The position numbers were made by a program, and so were the translations under genes. 64,000 nt of DNA from Mytilus edulis (lineage: Eukaryota). The stretch covers positions 48,918,001 to 48,982,000 of the forward strand of contig NC_092345.1 in NCBI RefSeq assembly GCF_963676685.1. Direction: 5' to 3'. The notes under the pieces are model-generated. The model was not told the origin of the DNA. It saw nothing but the letters and a program-made list of their open reading frames with translations, and did no database searches. How positions within the stretch are numbered: position 1 is the stretch's first letter; every line of letters begins with the position of its first letter. Positions 1 to 12,700 of the stretch are shown here, piece after piece.

Positions 1-620
1 TTTAATTAGAGGGTTTTTTTTCTTATTTTTTTTTCTTTCCCTAATTCCTCATTTATTTCTTAGTTTTTTGGGGTTGGAAATAAAAGAAGTGAGGTGAAAT
101 AAACTTTTGGATGTTGTATTTTAAATGATTTTGATATGGAAGAGTGATTAGGCCAGGTGCAAAAGTGTCATATTTACAGTTTTCGTAACATCTCTTGACT
201 TGTCCATAGGGGTATGGATGTGTATTGGCAAAATTTGTAAAAGTGATTGCTTCAATCTTTCTGAATTTTGGATATATTTTTAGACTAGAACTAAACATTA
301 CACACACACAAAAATTTGACAAAAAAGCATGGTGCAATATTTTTAATGAGACAAAACGTTATAGAGAACTAAATGAGGAATTTAATTGTGGTCTGTGGCC
401 AACACATGTAAAATGGCCAACTTCTGATGGGGCGTGTATAATAAATTTGTAAACACACGTTTTTTCCCCAGATTTTGACAATAAATGAAAAAAATTTAAA
501 AAAAATATAAAAATGAATTGCTGACCTCCCAATCCTATGTTTTAAAAGGATGTAACTGGAACCACACATATTTTTATTTGGCCTCATTGAATTCAATTCT
601 GAGAGTAGGAAAAGAATTAC

Positions 621-711
621 CTGAGGCTAGAGGAGTATCCTCTTGTATTTCTATATTACCATGGTCACCAGAGACGGAAGAAACATCGGTCATCACACTG
701 CCAATGTCATC
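621..711 (-). CDS. GAPVD1: GAPVD1 coding exon 8 (DDIGSVMTDVSSVSGDHGNIEIQEDTPLAS)
   Basis: Acceptor tacag, donor CAG|gtaatt; phase-0 start matches the previous exon. Confidence 0.75.
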
Positions 712-3700
712 CTGTATAATACAAATATTCCACTACATGAAAATATCATTTCTCAGTAAAAAAAAATATCTTTAAATGAAAATTATTATTACACAAATGT
801 GACTAGAATTTTGTCTTTGGCAAGCTGTTTTCCCCTTTAATGATCCCCTTGCTTTTTAAAATCTAAATGTGTTTATAGTGCATTGAAAGTAAGAAATAGC
901 AACTTATTTAATCCTCTACACTTGGGAATGTCAAACAGCATCCCCTCTGACAAATGGTTTCCTGCTTATTTCTTTTTAGAACTTCATGTTAAATAAAACA
1001 AATTGTGCACAACGTCTAACAGCCAGTCATATAGTCCTTTCAAAAAACAACAAAGCTAGTTTAACCCTCATAAAAACTGTCAGTGGTTGTCATATCTTTA
1101 TGTTTTAATTCTCTAGTATATTTGTTGTAGATGGCAGATCTTTTTATTGTAAATGATATATTCAAAACTTTTTACAAATGGTATATGAACACAATTTTGG
1201 CCGATTCTAGTATGTAAAAGATGCTATATTTGAGTTGCCAAATCTTTTAAAATTTTTACAAGATGTTTAGGTTGGCCTAGTTTATCAATGAAAAAAAATT
1301 AAGAAAAATTAAACGACAGGAATTTTTTGGGGTATAGTGTTGGGTACCCCCTTAATTTCTTTTTTTAATATTTCATTTTGTATGTCACTTTGCTTGATTT
1401 CTCGTTGACACGTAAACCACACTTCACTTCTCTATTAATTCTCATCATTTAAAAAGAAATTGGTAAAAAAAAATAACCTGATCAAATTCTGACAACTCTT
1501 CTGCTTGTTTTTCTTCATTATCACTAGCTAATACATCTGTACTCCAAGCATCACTTGCTGTTTCTGACAGTTCTGATAATGGCTGAAACAAAAAAGAATT
1601 TCAAACATTTAACATAGCACTATATATAGCTAGTATATGATGAATTTTCAAGCCGTCATATATTTATACATAAAATATAAATTGTAATTCATAACGATCC
1701 TAAAACATAACAAATGTCTAAAGTCTATTGTCTTTTAATATATAACCTTGATAGCTACATTTTAGTGTAAATGACACTTTTCTGAAAAATTCTGCATTAC
1801 CCTTTCGCCGATGAGTCCCGGTTTACCGGGATTCACGCTTCAGACAGCTGACGATGAGTTCCGTTTTACCGGGATCGGAATACATCTTTTATGTTTCCCG
1901 CTCAAAACAGTGCAAACATGAGTTATCTTTCTTTGATGAATACCCGGATGTCAAAATCAGACGAAATTTACGGAATTGACGATAATTTGAAATGAGGGAA
2001 CATTTTTTTTGAAAGAATATGGAAGAATTGAAGCCAAACTTGTATACTTATTTGACGTAAAATGTCGTTTTATGTACAAAACACTTGGAATGGACATCGT
2101 TCAGTGTGAGGAATTTGTACAGCCTCATAAAAATTTTCAAAATTTTGCCGTTTTGAGTTTAAAAATTACGATTTGGGTCTTAAAGCAGAATTTTGAGAAT
2201 TTCACCCAGATAATGCCGAAAATTTGAAAATTTGAATATTTTATGAAGAAAAAATTATCAAAACATGAACAAAACTGTGAACATGGTGTTAGTGAATGAA
2301 ATAAATACACAAATAACTACAAACAAGTTTTTATTGACATTTATTATGAAGATCTCCCACTTGAGTAATGGTAGCCAGGGAAGCCATCGTCTCAGAGTAG
2401 CTTCTGTCTGGGCAGCAATCGGTGAAAGGGTTAAGGAGATAAAATGATTGAAGTCAAAAACTGAAAACTTTAAAAAAAATATTCAAAAATATCAAAATCA
2501 AGAGAACAGCAAACATTTTTAAGTTAGATGTTGAAGATTTTCTTTGAATTTAAAAACCATACGAACATTGTCCTTAAAAGGCACTTTTATTAAAATTTGA
2601 TGGGTGGTGATTATTTAAGAAAGATTGCTTGAACATTTAAATGAAATATCCAATTTAAAATGTATGCATGGTGGGTTCAAATAAAAAGTGCCCTCCCATA
2701 CATTAATTTTTGGAACAGCCCTTACATCACTCTTTCAACAAAATGCAGATTTTACATATTAAGATGAATGTGTCATATCAACTAAATTTGATCTTATCTT
2801 AAAGATAAAATATTTCCCTAGTATCTTTGGTGTGCATCTTCATTTTGGAAATGACAGAATCAATCAAACAGTAAATTACTGACAAAATACCTCAACCAAT
2901 AAAGGCTCTTGATCTAAAAATACTTTTTCTTAAACTTCCTCTATCCTTTGGTACTACTTGCCTCATTTCTGGCCAGTAAACTCTGTCTAACAATTTCTTC
3001 TCCTATCTCCTCTAGTCTATCAAACTGGTTTTGTTCTGGTGGTTCTGAGTCACTAGCTAGTACATCTGTACTCCAGGTATCACTTACTGTAGACTTAGTC
3101 TCATCCACTGCAATAACAAACAATTCTATTCTTATCTAAAATTGGGAAATAAATCCAATAATGGATTCCAATACTGTATATTTCATAAAGTTTTGCAATG
3201 TTTTTCTAATTTGGAAATGTACAACTACGTCATTGTACGTGAACATTTTGCCCAAAGTAAGAGATGAATTTTTAATCTTGCATTATTGTTTTATAACTTA
3301 TCTCTCATTTCTGGTTATTGGCCCTTTTAGTCAATCACAATAATAAATACATGCAAACATTTCTAAATTCACCGTATTAGCATGCATTAATCTTATTTTT
3401 TATAGTTATAAATTCATTTATTGGTATACAGTGGAGTCCCCGGTGTCCGCGCGGCCCGTGATATCGCGTTTTAGCTGATTTTGTCATATAAACAGTAACA
3501 TAAACAAAATCGTTCTTGTTATTGTTTTAGACTTCCGAAAGGGATGAAAAAATAAATAAATTGATAAGTTCAAGAGTTAATTAATAACTGCAATCCCGTG
3601 ATTTGCCATATTTGGCCAATTTCCATTAAAAAAATGCATCGTCAGATAAAATTTGATTTATTTAAGTCAAACTTATATCAGATTGAAATAATTTTTGCTC

Positions 3701-6700
3701 TGCATCTATGGCAGTGTATTTGGTTCAAACTCAGCTATATTTCGTAGTATAAAATCTTTCCTTTATTTAAGATAAGCTATTTTTGGAAGGCATGCACGAA
3801 ATCACCGGACATTGGAGAAACTCTCAGAACAGGAGTTTCCTAATTTTGGACACACATTACACAAAATCTAGAGGATGAAACCATACAAACAGAAGATTTT
3901 ATGAAATAAAAGTATGTTATGAATTTGTTCACACAATATTATCCAATTATTGGTTTTATCAGTTGAATGAAGTGAAGTCATAAGTCTTAGGTACGCGGAT
4001 ACACCGGACTGCACCGTATGTCTTTTGTAAAATACAATACTCTAATATCCATCCTGATTGAAATACAAAAGTTGTATGTAAAATTTTATTCATGTTAAGT
4101 TTTCTAGACTTCAAACAAGGGTGAGTTAGAGGTGAAAATCTAGTGAAAATCTAGTGCCATACAACTGATATGAAGTATACTCAAGTGTTAATCAAGAATT
4201 TTATACATGAAAATTCTAGCAGACATTATTATCAACTGTATCTAAATCAATATGGTTGGATTTTTTGCATTAATTTACTTCAATCAGGTTAATTAACTCT
4301 AACTTTCATTTACAACAGGTAAACTAAAAAAATAATATGAACAAGGCTTTATTTATATAGCAGGATACTCAAAACAGCATTATGTAAGAAAGAAAAAGCA
4401 ATAAAACAAAGACACAAAATATCACCACTATACATCCTCTTTCAATAAACATAGATATAGATAATTGCAAAGGAGAAAACTATACTTCGAAGATCAAAGA
4501 CAGCAAAGTCATCTTTTCTAATTTTAGACTGGAATATCAACCAAATTTATCCTTATATTTTGTTCTTTTGAAACAAAAACTCTTCTAAATCATGCATATG
4601 TTTTTATTGTTTTTGTATAACAATGATTCATTTCCTGCACAACTCTTAAAAATACCATATCTTAAAACATAATTTTGAGAAAATCTTGCACTTAAGACAC
4701 TCCCAGGTTTCTTACCAGGAAATTCATTTTTTTTAATTTCAAATTTCCCAAATCTCTCAGTAACATCTTCCCTGTTAGTCTTTGTTACTGTTACAGGTAA
4801 CTGGATTGGTTGAATAGCTTCTTGCTGTAATTGATGGGCAGGTGCCTCTACACTGCCAGCTGGAGAAGGGGGCGTGTCTCTTCCACTGATATTAGGTGTG
4901 CCACGCCCACTGACATTTGCAGAGATCATGTCAGAGAAGTTGTCATCTGGGTCATCATCATTCTCTAAGTCTACAGACCCTACAGAGTGACTAGATGCTC
5001 CCTCAGATATAGCCTCCTGTAGGTCACTAGTGTTACCTAGAATATAAAAGAAATGACAAATAAATAAAGAGGTGATTATTAAAAAATCTTATCTCAGGGG
5101 CAGATCCAAAAAATCTTCAGTGTAAAATTAATCTTACAATAAAAATATTTAGTTGAATTTTTAAGGAATATTTTAGACTTCAGATCCATTCAACACTTAA
5201 GATTTTCTGTGAAAAGAGCTACTGCCATTTTTAAAAGGGGGTTCCACCATATATTCCTATTCAAAAGCACTGATCATCAGAAAAAGAGGGTGTTCCATGG
5301 GTTCAGTCAAGAGCAAAGTAGGGTTCACATTTTTTTAGTTTGTAGTTTCAGAACATAGCATTTTCTGTTTCCTTCATCTTAGTTAATACTATTTATATGA
5401 TGGAATTGATAGATAGATTGTTGTTTCCTAAATTTCCAGTTACAAATATTTAATGCATTTTTAAGAAGATAATGAACATGATGAAATCTTTTAAAGATTC
5501 CTGGTTTTTTTTTTAAATGGTTTGGTTTGTTTTGTGTGTTTTTCATAGATTAAGAAATATCTTATGCCACTAAAACAAATGTAAAAAGACACTTTTGATC
5601 TATATAATCTGATATTTCAAATATATCATACTTTGAAAGTACTTTTATTTGTGGGATACCCATTTTCATTGTTTACGTGAATGGCTTTGTCCAAAAATTG
5701 TAACAAATGTTGTCCGTAGGTTTGACTGCACAAATTTAAGAACCGACAAACACATAACTTTTGCTCAAACCATGAAAATTGATACCCACAAATAAAAGTA
5801 TTTTCACAGTATATATTTATTCTTTTACAAATATGTTTAATGCAAACAATTCGGTGATTTCCATTGCATCTAAAAGAGAACAATATGTTTCTTCCTTATT
5901 ATTGTTACTTTGATCCCAAATTCCATGAAACTCATTGAGCTTACAATACATATATGCAGTCTTTGCCAAATGGTTTGAAGGTTTGTCTGACCGAAAAAGA
6001 GATTTGAACTTTTCTTCTATATATTCAACCCAAAAAAAATAATAGAATGACATTCAAAACAGTGTGGCTGTGGCAATTGATTGACACATTAAATTCATCC
6101 ATTGACTGGGACAATTTACATGAACGTTTGTCTGTAACGACCACTGTTCCTGACGTACCTACGATAGACATTTAAACTGTGGGGTCACCAAAGGTTTCTT
6201 AACGCCTTTAATTATAAAATAATTCGAAAAATTAATCAGGAATAACCTTTATGTTTTGATTTATATAATTGGTATAAATCAAAACATCGTGATATTTCTG
6301 ACTAATTTTTCGAATTACTTTATTAAGGTGTTGAGACCCTTTGGTGACCCAATAGTTTAAGTGTCTTTAAAAAGTACATAGTGAGCAGTGGTTGTTACAT
6401 ACAAACGTTCACCTAAATTGTCCCAGCCAATGGATGAATTTAATGTGTCAATCAATAGCCACAGCCACGCTGTTTTGAATTTCATTCTAGTTCTATTTTG
6501 TGTCTGACATTTTGTCAGTCAGATATAGTTTAGGATACTCTGCATATGACCAATATCACATATATGTCATATTTACTTGACAGTGACTTACAAAGTCTTC
6601 ATCTGAGAGCCAAATTTTTTTTTTGTAAAATTTGAATATCAAAAACTGTTATACATGTAATACATCTTTTCATATAAAAATAAAACTCAAGCACTGCATT

Positions 6701-9700
6701 TTGATGTTGAATAATTGCAAAATAAAAACTAGAGGCTCTTAAGAGCCGGTGTCGCTCACTGTATTTACTGATGTCAGCCATCTTGGTTGGTAGTTTGGGT
6801 AATTAGACACTTTTTTTAAAAAAGATACCCTAGTAATGATTGTGGCCAAGTTTGGTTAAATTTGGCCCATAGTTTTAGAAAAGAAGATTTTTGTACAAGT
6901 TACAAAAATGACGAAAAGTTGTTCAATATTGACTATAAAGGACAATAACTCCTTAAGGGGCTCTCTGACAATTTTGGTCATGTTGACTTATTTGTAGATC
7001 TTACTTTGCTGAACATTATTGCTGTTAACAGTTTATCTCTCTTTATCTATAATAGTATTCAAGATAATAACCAAAAACTGCAAAATTTCCTTAAAATTAT
7101 CAATTTTAGTGCAGCAACCCAACAACGGTTGTAGGATTCATCTGAAAATTTGTGAGGGGATAGATCTTATTCTGATGGACATTTAAATCTTGAAAGATTT
7201 GCCCTAAATGTCTTAGTTTCAAAGATATAAAGCAAAAACTGCATTTTACCACTATGTTCTAATTTTAGCCATGTCGGCCATTTTGTTTGGTAGGTGGGGA
7301 CACATTTTTTAAACTATATACCACAATTATGATTGTGGCCAAGTTAGTTTAAATTTGGCCCAGTAGTTTCAGAGAAGAAGATTTTTGTACAAGTTACAAA
7401 AAATGATGAAAAAGTTGTTAAAATTGACTATAAAGGGCAATAACTCCTTAAGGGGTTGACTGACAATTTTGGTCATGTTGACTTATTTGTAGGTCTTATT
7501 TTGCTGAACATTATTGCTGTTTACAGTTTATCTCTATCTATAATAGTATTTAAGATAATAACCAAAAACTGCAAAATTTCCTTAAAATTACCAACTCAGG
7601 GGCAGCAACCCAACAACAGATTTTTCCGATTCGTCTGAAAATTTCAGGGCAGATAGATCTTGACCTGATCAACAATTTCACCTGAGTCAGATTTGTTCTA
7701 AATGCTTTGGTTTTAAAGATATAAGCCAAAATATACATTTTACCCCTGTGTTCTATTTTTAGCCATGGCGGCCATCTTGGTTTGATGGCCAGGTCATCGG
7801 ACACATTTTTAAAACTATATACCCTAAGGATGATTGTGGCCAAGTTTAATTAAATTTGGCCCAGTAGTTTCAGAGGAGAAGATTTTTGTAAAAGTTTACG
7901 GACGACGGACGCCAAGTGATGAGAAAAGCTCACTTGACCTGTCAGGTCAGGTGAGCTAACAAGGAACTCAAAATACACTGTTGAACAATGATTTATATTT
8001 ACTTATACTAAAGTTATTGTGCAAAAACCAAGAATAATGCTTATATGGGCCCTTTTTTGGCCCTTATTCCTAAACTGTTGGAACCAAAACTCCCAAAATC
8101 AATCCCAACCTTCCTTTTGTAGTCATAAACCTTGTGTCAAAATTTCGTAGTTTTCTATTGACTTACTAAAGTTATAGTGCGAAAACCAAGAAAATGCTTT
8201 GGGCCCTTTTTGGCCCCTATTTCGTAAACTGTTGGGACCAAAACTTCCAAAATCAATCCCAAACTTCCTTTTATGGTCATAAGCCTTGTGTTTAAATTTC
8301 ATAGATTTCTATTGACTTAAACTAAAGTTAGAGTGCGAAAACTAAAAGTATTCGGACGACGACGCCGCGGCCGTATAAAAAGTGCATTAACTTTCATTCT
8401 TTTTTATGCTCAATATTGCTTGATAATATTGAAATAGGAATGAACATATATATTCTGTTAATACCTATGGATTCTTGGTCTTGGGACAATGAAAACCTTG
8501 TTCTTTTTTCACCAGGTTCTACACTAGCAACATAATTAGATATCCCTTCATGGTACGTCACTTTTCTGCGTTTATTTTCTTGTTCCCATGACAACACTTT
8601 TTGTTCTGAGAGCATGCCTGGACATTCTACATCATTTCCAAGTGATATGACAATTACATCTTCAACCTGTGTCGGACTGCTCTCATCTTTATTCTTTTTA
8701 GCTAAAAATATATTACAAATTCTTTCTATTTGGTCTTTCTTTTCATGATCAACCCCACAGAATCTTGAACAATTATCATCATTATCTTATATTGATATTT
8801 AGTGCAGTATAAATTCATTTACTATATATCTAAACAAATTGTTTTTTTATAGGCTATAACATATCACTTTTGTTCACTATGCATAGTAACTTTCATAAAT
8901 GTTTAATCAAACGTTCACTGTTAATTATTTAATTATGACACATTGTGACTTGGTTGGAGAGTTGTCTCATTGGCACTCATATCTCATTTTCTTATTTCTA
9001 TAAACTTTGAAAACTGGATACCAGTTGAACCACTTGACACCATCAACATATATGTTCACATACAACAGGTTAAATCATCAATGTTTTAGCTATGTTAGCT
9101 ACTATGGATCCATTTATTTTTGGCAGATAATTTTTTGTGGTGAATATGGGAAAACTGTACTTTTGTCGGTATTGATATGATTTTATTTCAGACTGATGTA
9201 TCTACGATTTGAATGGTTGGCAAAGATATACAATTTCTATATATCTGATTATAGACTCGTTTCTAATTATATATTTATATATATGGATCAGTCTAGGTGG
9301 CAGAGTGGTCTTCTGGTCTGGAGTTCTGGACACAGTGCAGATGATGTCGTCACAATATCCCAATAGTATAAGTTTGAATCCATGCAAAGGAAAAACAAAA
9401 AATTGCTTCTGCAAATTTACAAATTTAACTATGTTGTGCTTCCGTGGTACCTTGAAAATGTCTAATGTCTTAAGACTGTAACCCCTTTTTCCCATATGTA
9501 CCTTTTACTGCCTCCTTTTCCTTCTTTTTCTCTCCTTTCCTTTGGCTTGATGGTGTACCAGGAGGGGTTCCCACAGGGGTACCTGATTGATTGGTTTGTG
9601 AGGAATTACTTAACGAGGGTGGTAATCCATTAATTGCTTCCTCAATTTGTTTCCTTTCTGGCGAATCATCTTCACCATTTTGTACCATGTTGCGAAAAAA

Positions 9701-12700
9701 AGTTACCTATAAATGTAGAAACAAAAACAATCAGTAACTTTCATATATATGCACTTGTCAGGAACTTAAAACATTTTTCACTGTGGATTCCTTTTTAGTT
9801 GTGAAGTATATGTACTTATTTTCATATATTTTCTCTGTTTAAATTGGGATCGGTTTTAATATAATACAACGTCTATCATCTATCGACAGAACAAGTTAAT
9901 TTTTCACAACGCATCATCGTTTGAAGAAAGTTACTTACGGAAGGGAGACAACTCGAAGCGACAATATGGAAGACTCCATTTTGACTGAAGGGGTGTTCTA
10001 GTTACACCTTTACGTAGTGAACTACATTTATTTTAATTATTAAATGATGCATATGAATTAAAATTATGCAACAACAATAACCCTCAATAGCAGACAGACA
10101 TAGAAAGGATCTCTGAAGTTTCAAATTTATCAATGGAGTGGGGAATCCAGAGCAACCATTCAATCTGATACCCCTTCAAGTCAAGACAAGAGTGAACACG
10201 CTGAAATGTCTAGTTATAGCTTTATTACAACTGTCACATAAACTTAACATTAACCAATATAACTAAACAAAGACCAATGAACCCTGAAAATGAGGTCAAG
10301 GTCAGATGAACCATGCCAGGCAGACATGTACAGCTAACAATGCTTCTATACAACATATATAGTTGACCTATTATTAATAGTTTAAGAAAATAGATCTAAA
10401 CAAAAAAATTTAACACTGTGCAATGAACCGTGAAAATGAGGTCAAGGTCAAATAAAACCTGCGCGACTGACATAAAGATCATAAAATATTTCCATATACC
10501 AAATATAGTTGACCTATGGTATATAGTATTAGATAAAAAGACCAAAACTCAAAACCTTAACTTTGACCACTGAACCATGAAAATGAGGTCAAGGTCACGT
10601 GACATCTGCCCGCTAGACATGTACACCTTACAATCATTCCATACAACAAATATAGTAGACCTACTGCATATAGTATGAGAAAAACAGACCAAAACACAAA
10701 ACTTTAAATATAACCACTGAACCATGAAAATGAGGTCAAGGTCAGATGACACCTGCCAGTTGGACATGTACACCTTACAGTCCTTCCATACATCGAACAT
10801 ACTAGCCCTATTGCTTATAGTATCTGAGATATGGACTTGACCACCAAAACTTAACCTTGTTCACTGATCCATGAAATGAGAGGTCAAGGTCAAGTGAAAA
10901 CTGTTTGACAGACATAAGGACCTTGCAAGGTACGCACATATTAAATATAGTTATCCTATTACTTATAATAAGAGAGAATTCAACATCACAAAAAATCTGA
11001 ACTTTTTTTTCAAGTGGTCACTGAACCATGAAAATGAGGTCAAGGACATTGGACATGTGACTGACAGAAACTTCGTAACATGAGGCATCTATATACAAAG
11101 TATGAAGCATCCAGGTCTTCCACCTTCTAAAATATAAAGCTTTTAAGAAGTTAGCTAACGCCCCCGCCGCTGCCGGATCACTATCCCTATGTCGAGCTTT
11201 CTGCAACAAAAGTTGCAGGCTCGACAAAAACTATATGCATGCGCATAATTACAAAAACAAACCCTAGACTTGTGATTTGTAGCAAGGGCGTATATTAAAT
11301 GTTAATTAAACGACCTCCATTTCTTTATGGAAGTACAATATCAAATATCAGTTTCATAACGGTGACATATATGAAAACTCCACTTTAGTTCTTATATGAC
11401 AGACATAGATTTAGCGATTGGAATTCAGAGAACTCTCGCATGTTATCAAAACTGGAGAATTCCCTCTGACATGTCTGACGTGTTTCTAAATTTATAAAAA
11501 CACTAAATATGAATACTGCTTAATTCTGATTTTCCGTGTTGTTAAAAACACGCATACAAGTAAAGGGAAATATCGACACATAAAGATTATGAGAAGAACA
11601 TTATAGGACAGTTGTTTAAATTCAATCCTTTTGTTTTTATACCGTTTAAACTTCAAGACAATCTCAAGAATCTGAGATGTTTCTTGATGTTTAGAATAAA
11701 ATGGTTGACGTGAGGGCATGGGCCTGAGTCAATGGTATGTAAGTCTACAGATTGCTTAAAAGCAATCATATCCCAAAAAATTAAATAATGTTACATCTGC
11801 AGTATACAGAATTTTTTACCCACATAAAATTGGTTCCAACGAAAATAAAAAAATCCAAAGTCTAATTTAAGTTTCAATCAGAAACAGGCAGAAATATACA
11901 TATGAATTATTATAATCTCTTGCAAGCTCTTTGTATCTGTTTCACAGCTGTTTATTTAAAAAAAATATCTAATCTTCCTACCTGAATTTTTTAATTACAG
12001 CCGATTTCATTGAGAGTGTAGGCAAAGGTAATGTCTTTAGTTAGCTTGCTTGTTAGCTGGACCAATAAGTTAGTCATTATGAGGTTAGGTTAAATACCCT
12101 CCTTTTGGATGTAGACCAGGCCGATAGATAACCTATCTATTTGTCTGTTGGACAAGGCTACTAGGAAAGGAGGGTAGTACATGTATACCTAACCTAATAC
12201 TGACTTAATCGTTCAGCTAACAAGCAAGCTAACAAAAGATATTACCTTTGCCTACACACTCAATGAAATCAACTGTAAGATAACCCTCAAAATTTTTTTA
12301 AGTGTGGCCTCGTTTTCTGGATAAATTGTGAACTCATTTTGTATGTCACTGTTGTATTTTATTTATACATAAATGAAGAATTAAAATCAATAATTGGATT
12401 TTTGCACTTTTGAAAAATGGAACCGTTTGTTTTAATAAATATTGTTTCGCATTGTACACGTTGTAAGTCAGGAAGTACAAATGCACTCATGATATCAACC
12501 TTTGAATCTAAATGAAACATTCACCCACAAAATCAAAGCTAGCATCTCCTTGAAATATGAATTTGCATTAGGAAATATTGCATACTGAATGTACATGTAT
12601 CTGTTGTAATGGTGTCAAAAATTCTTACAACTAAGAATAACTAATTCAAATGTCAGTTAAACTTGCCATTAATTGAATCATACTATTTTAATGAAAAAGA

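Noticed and set aside
1808-1880. Two cgatgagt..gggat hairpins resembling ribozyme cores or CRISPR repeats
   Set aside because: No CUGAUGA plus GAAA pair, only two copies, and they lie inside a piggyBac-like MITE end.
9202-9495. Overlapping 97-aa and 90-aa ORFs next to GAPVD1 exon 3
   Set aside because: No convincing splice sites or homology; exons 3 and 4 already join in frame without them.
10280-11050. Regularly spaced conserved motif suggesting a CRISPR-like array
   Set aside because: The intervening sequences are homologous to each other, there are no cas genes and the context is a eukaryotic intron.
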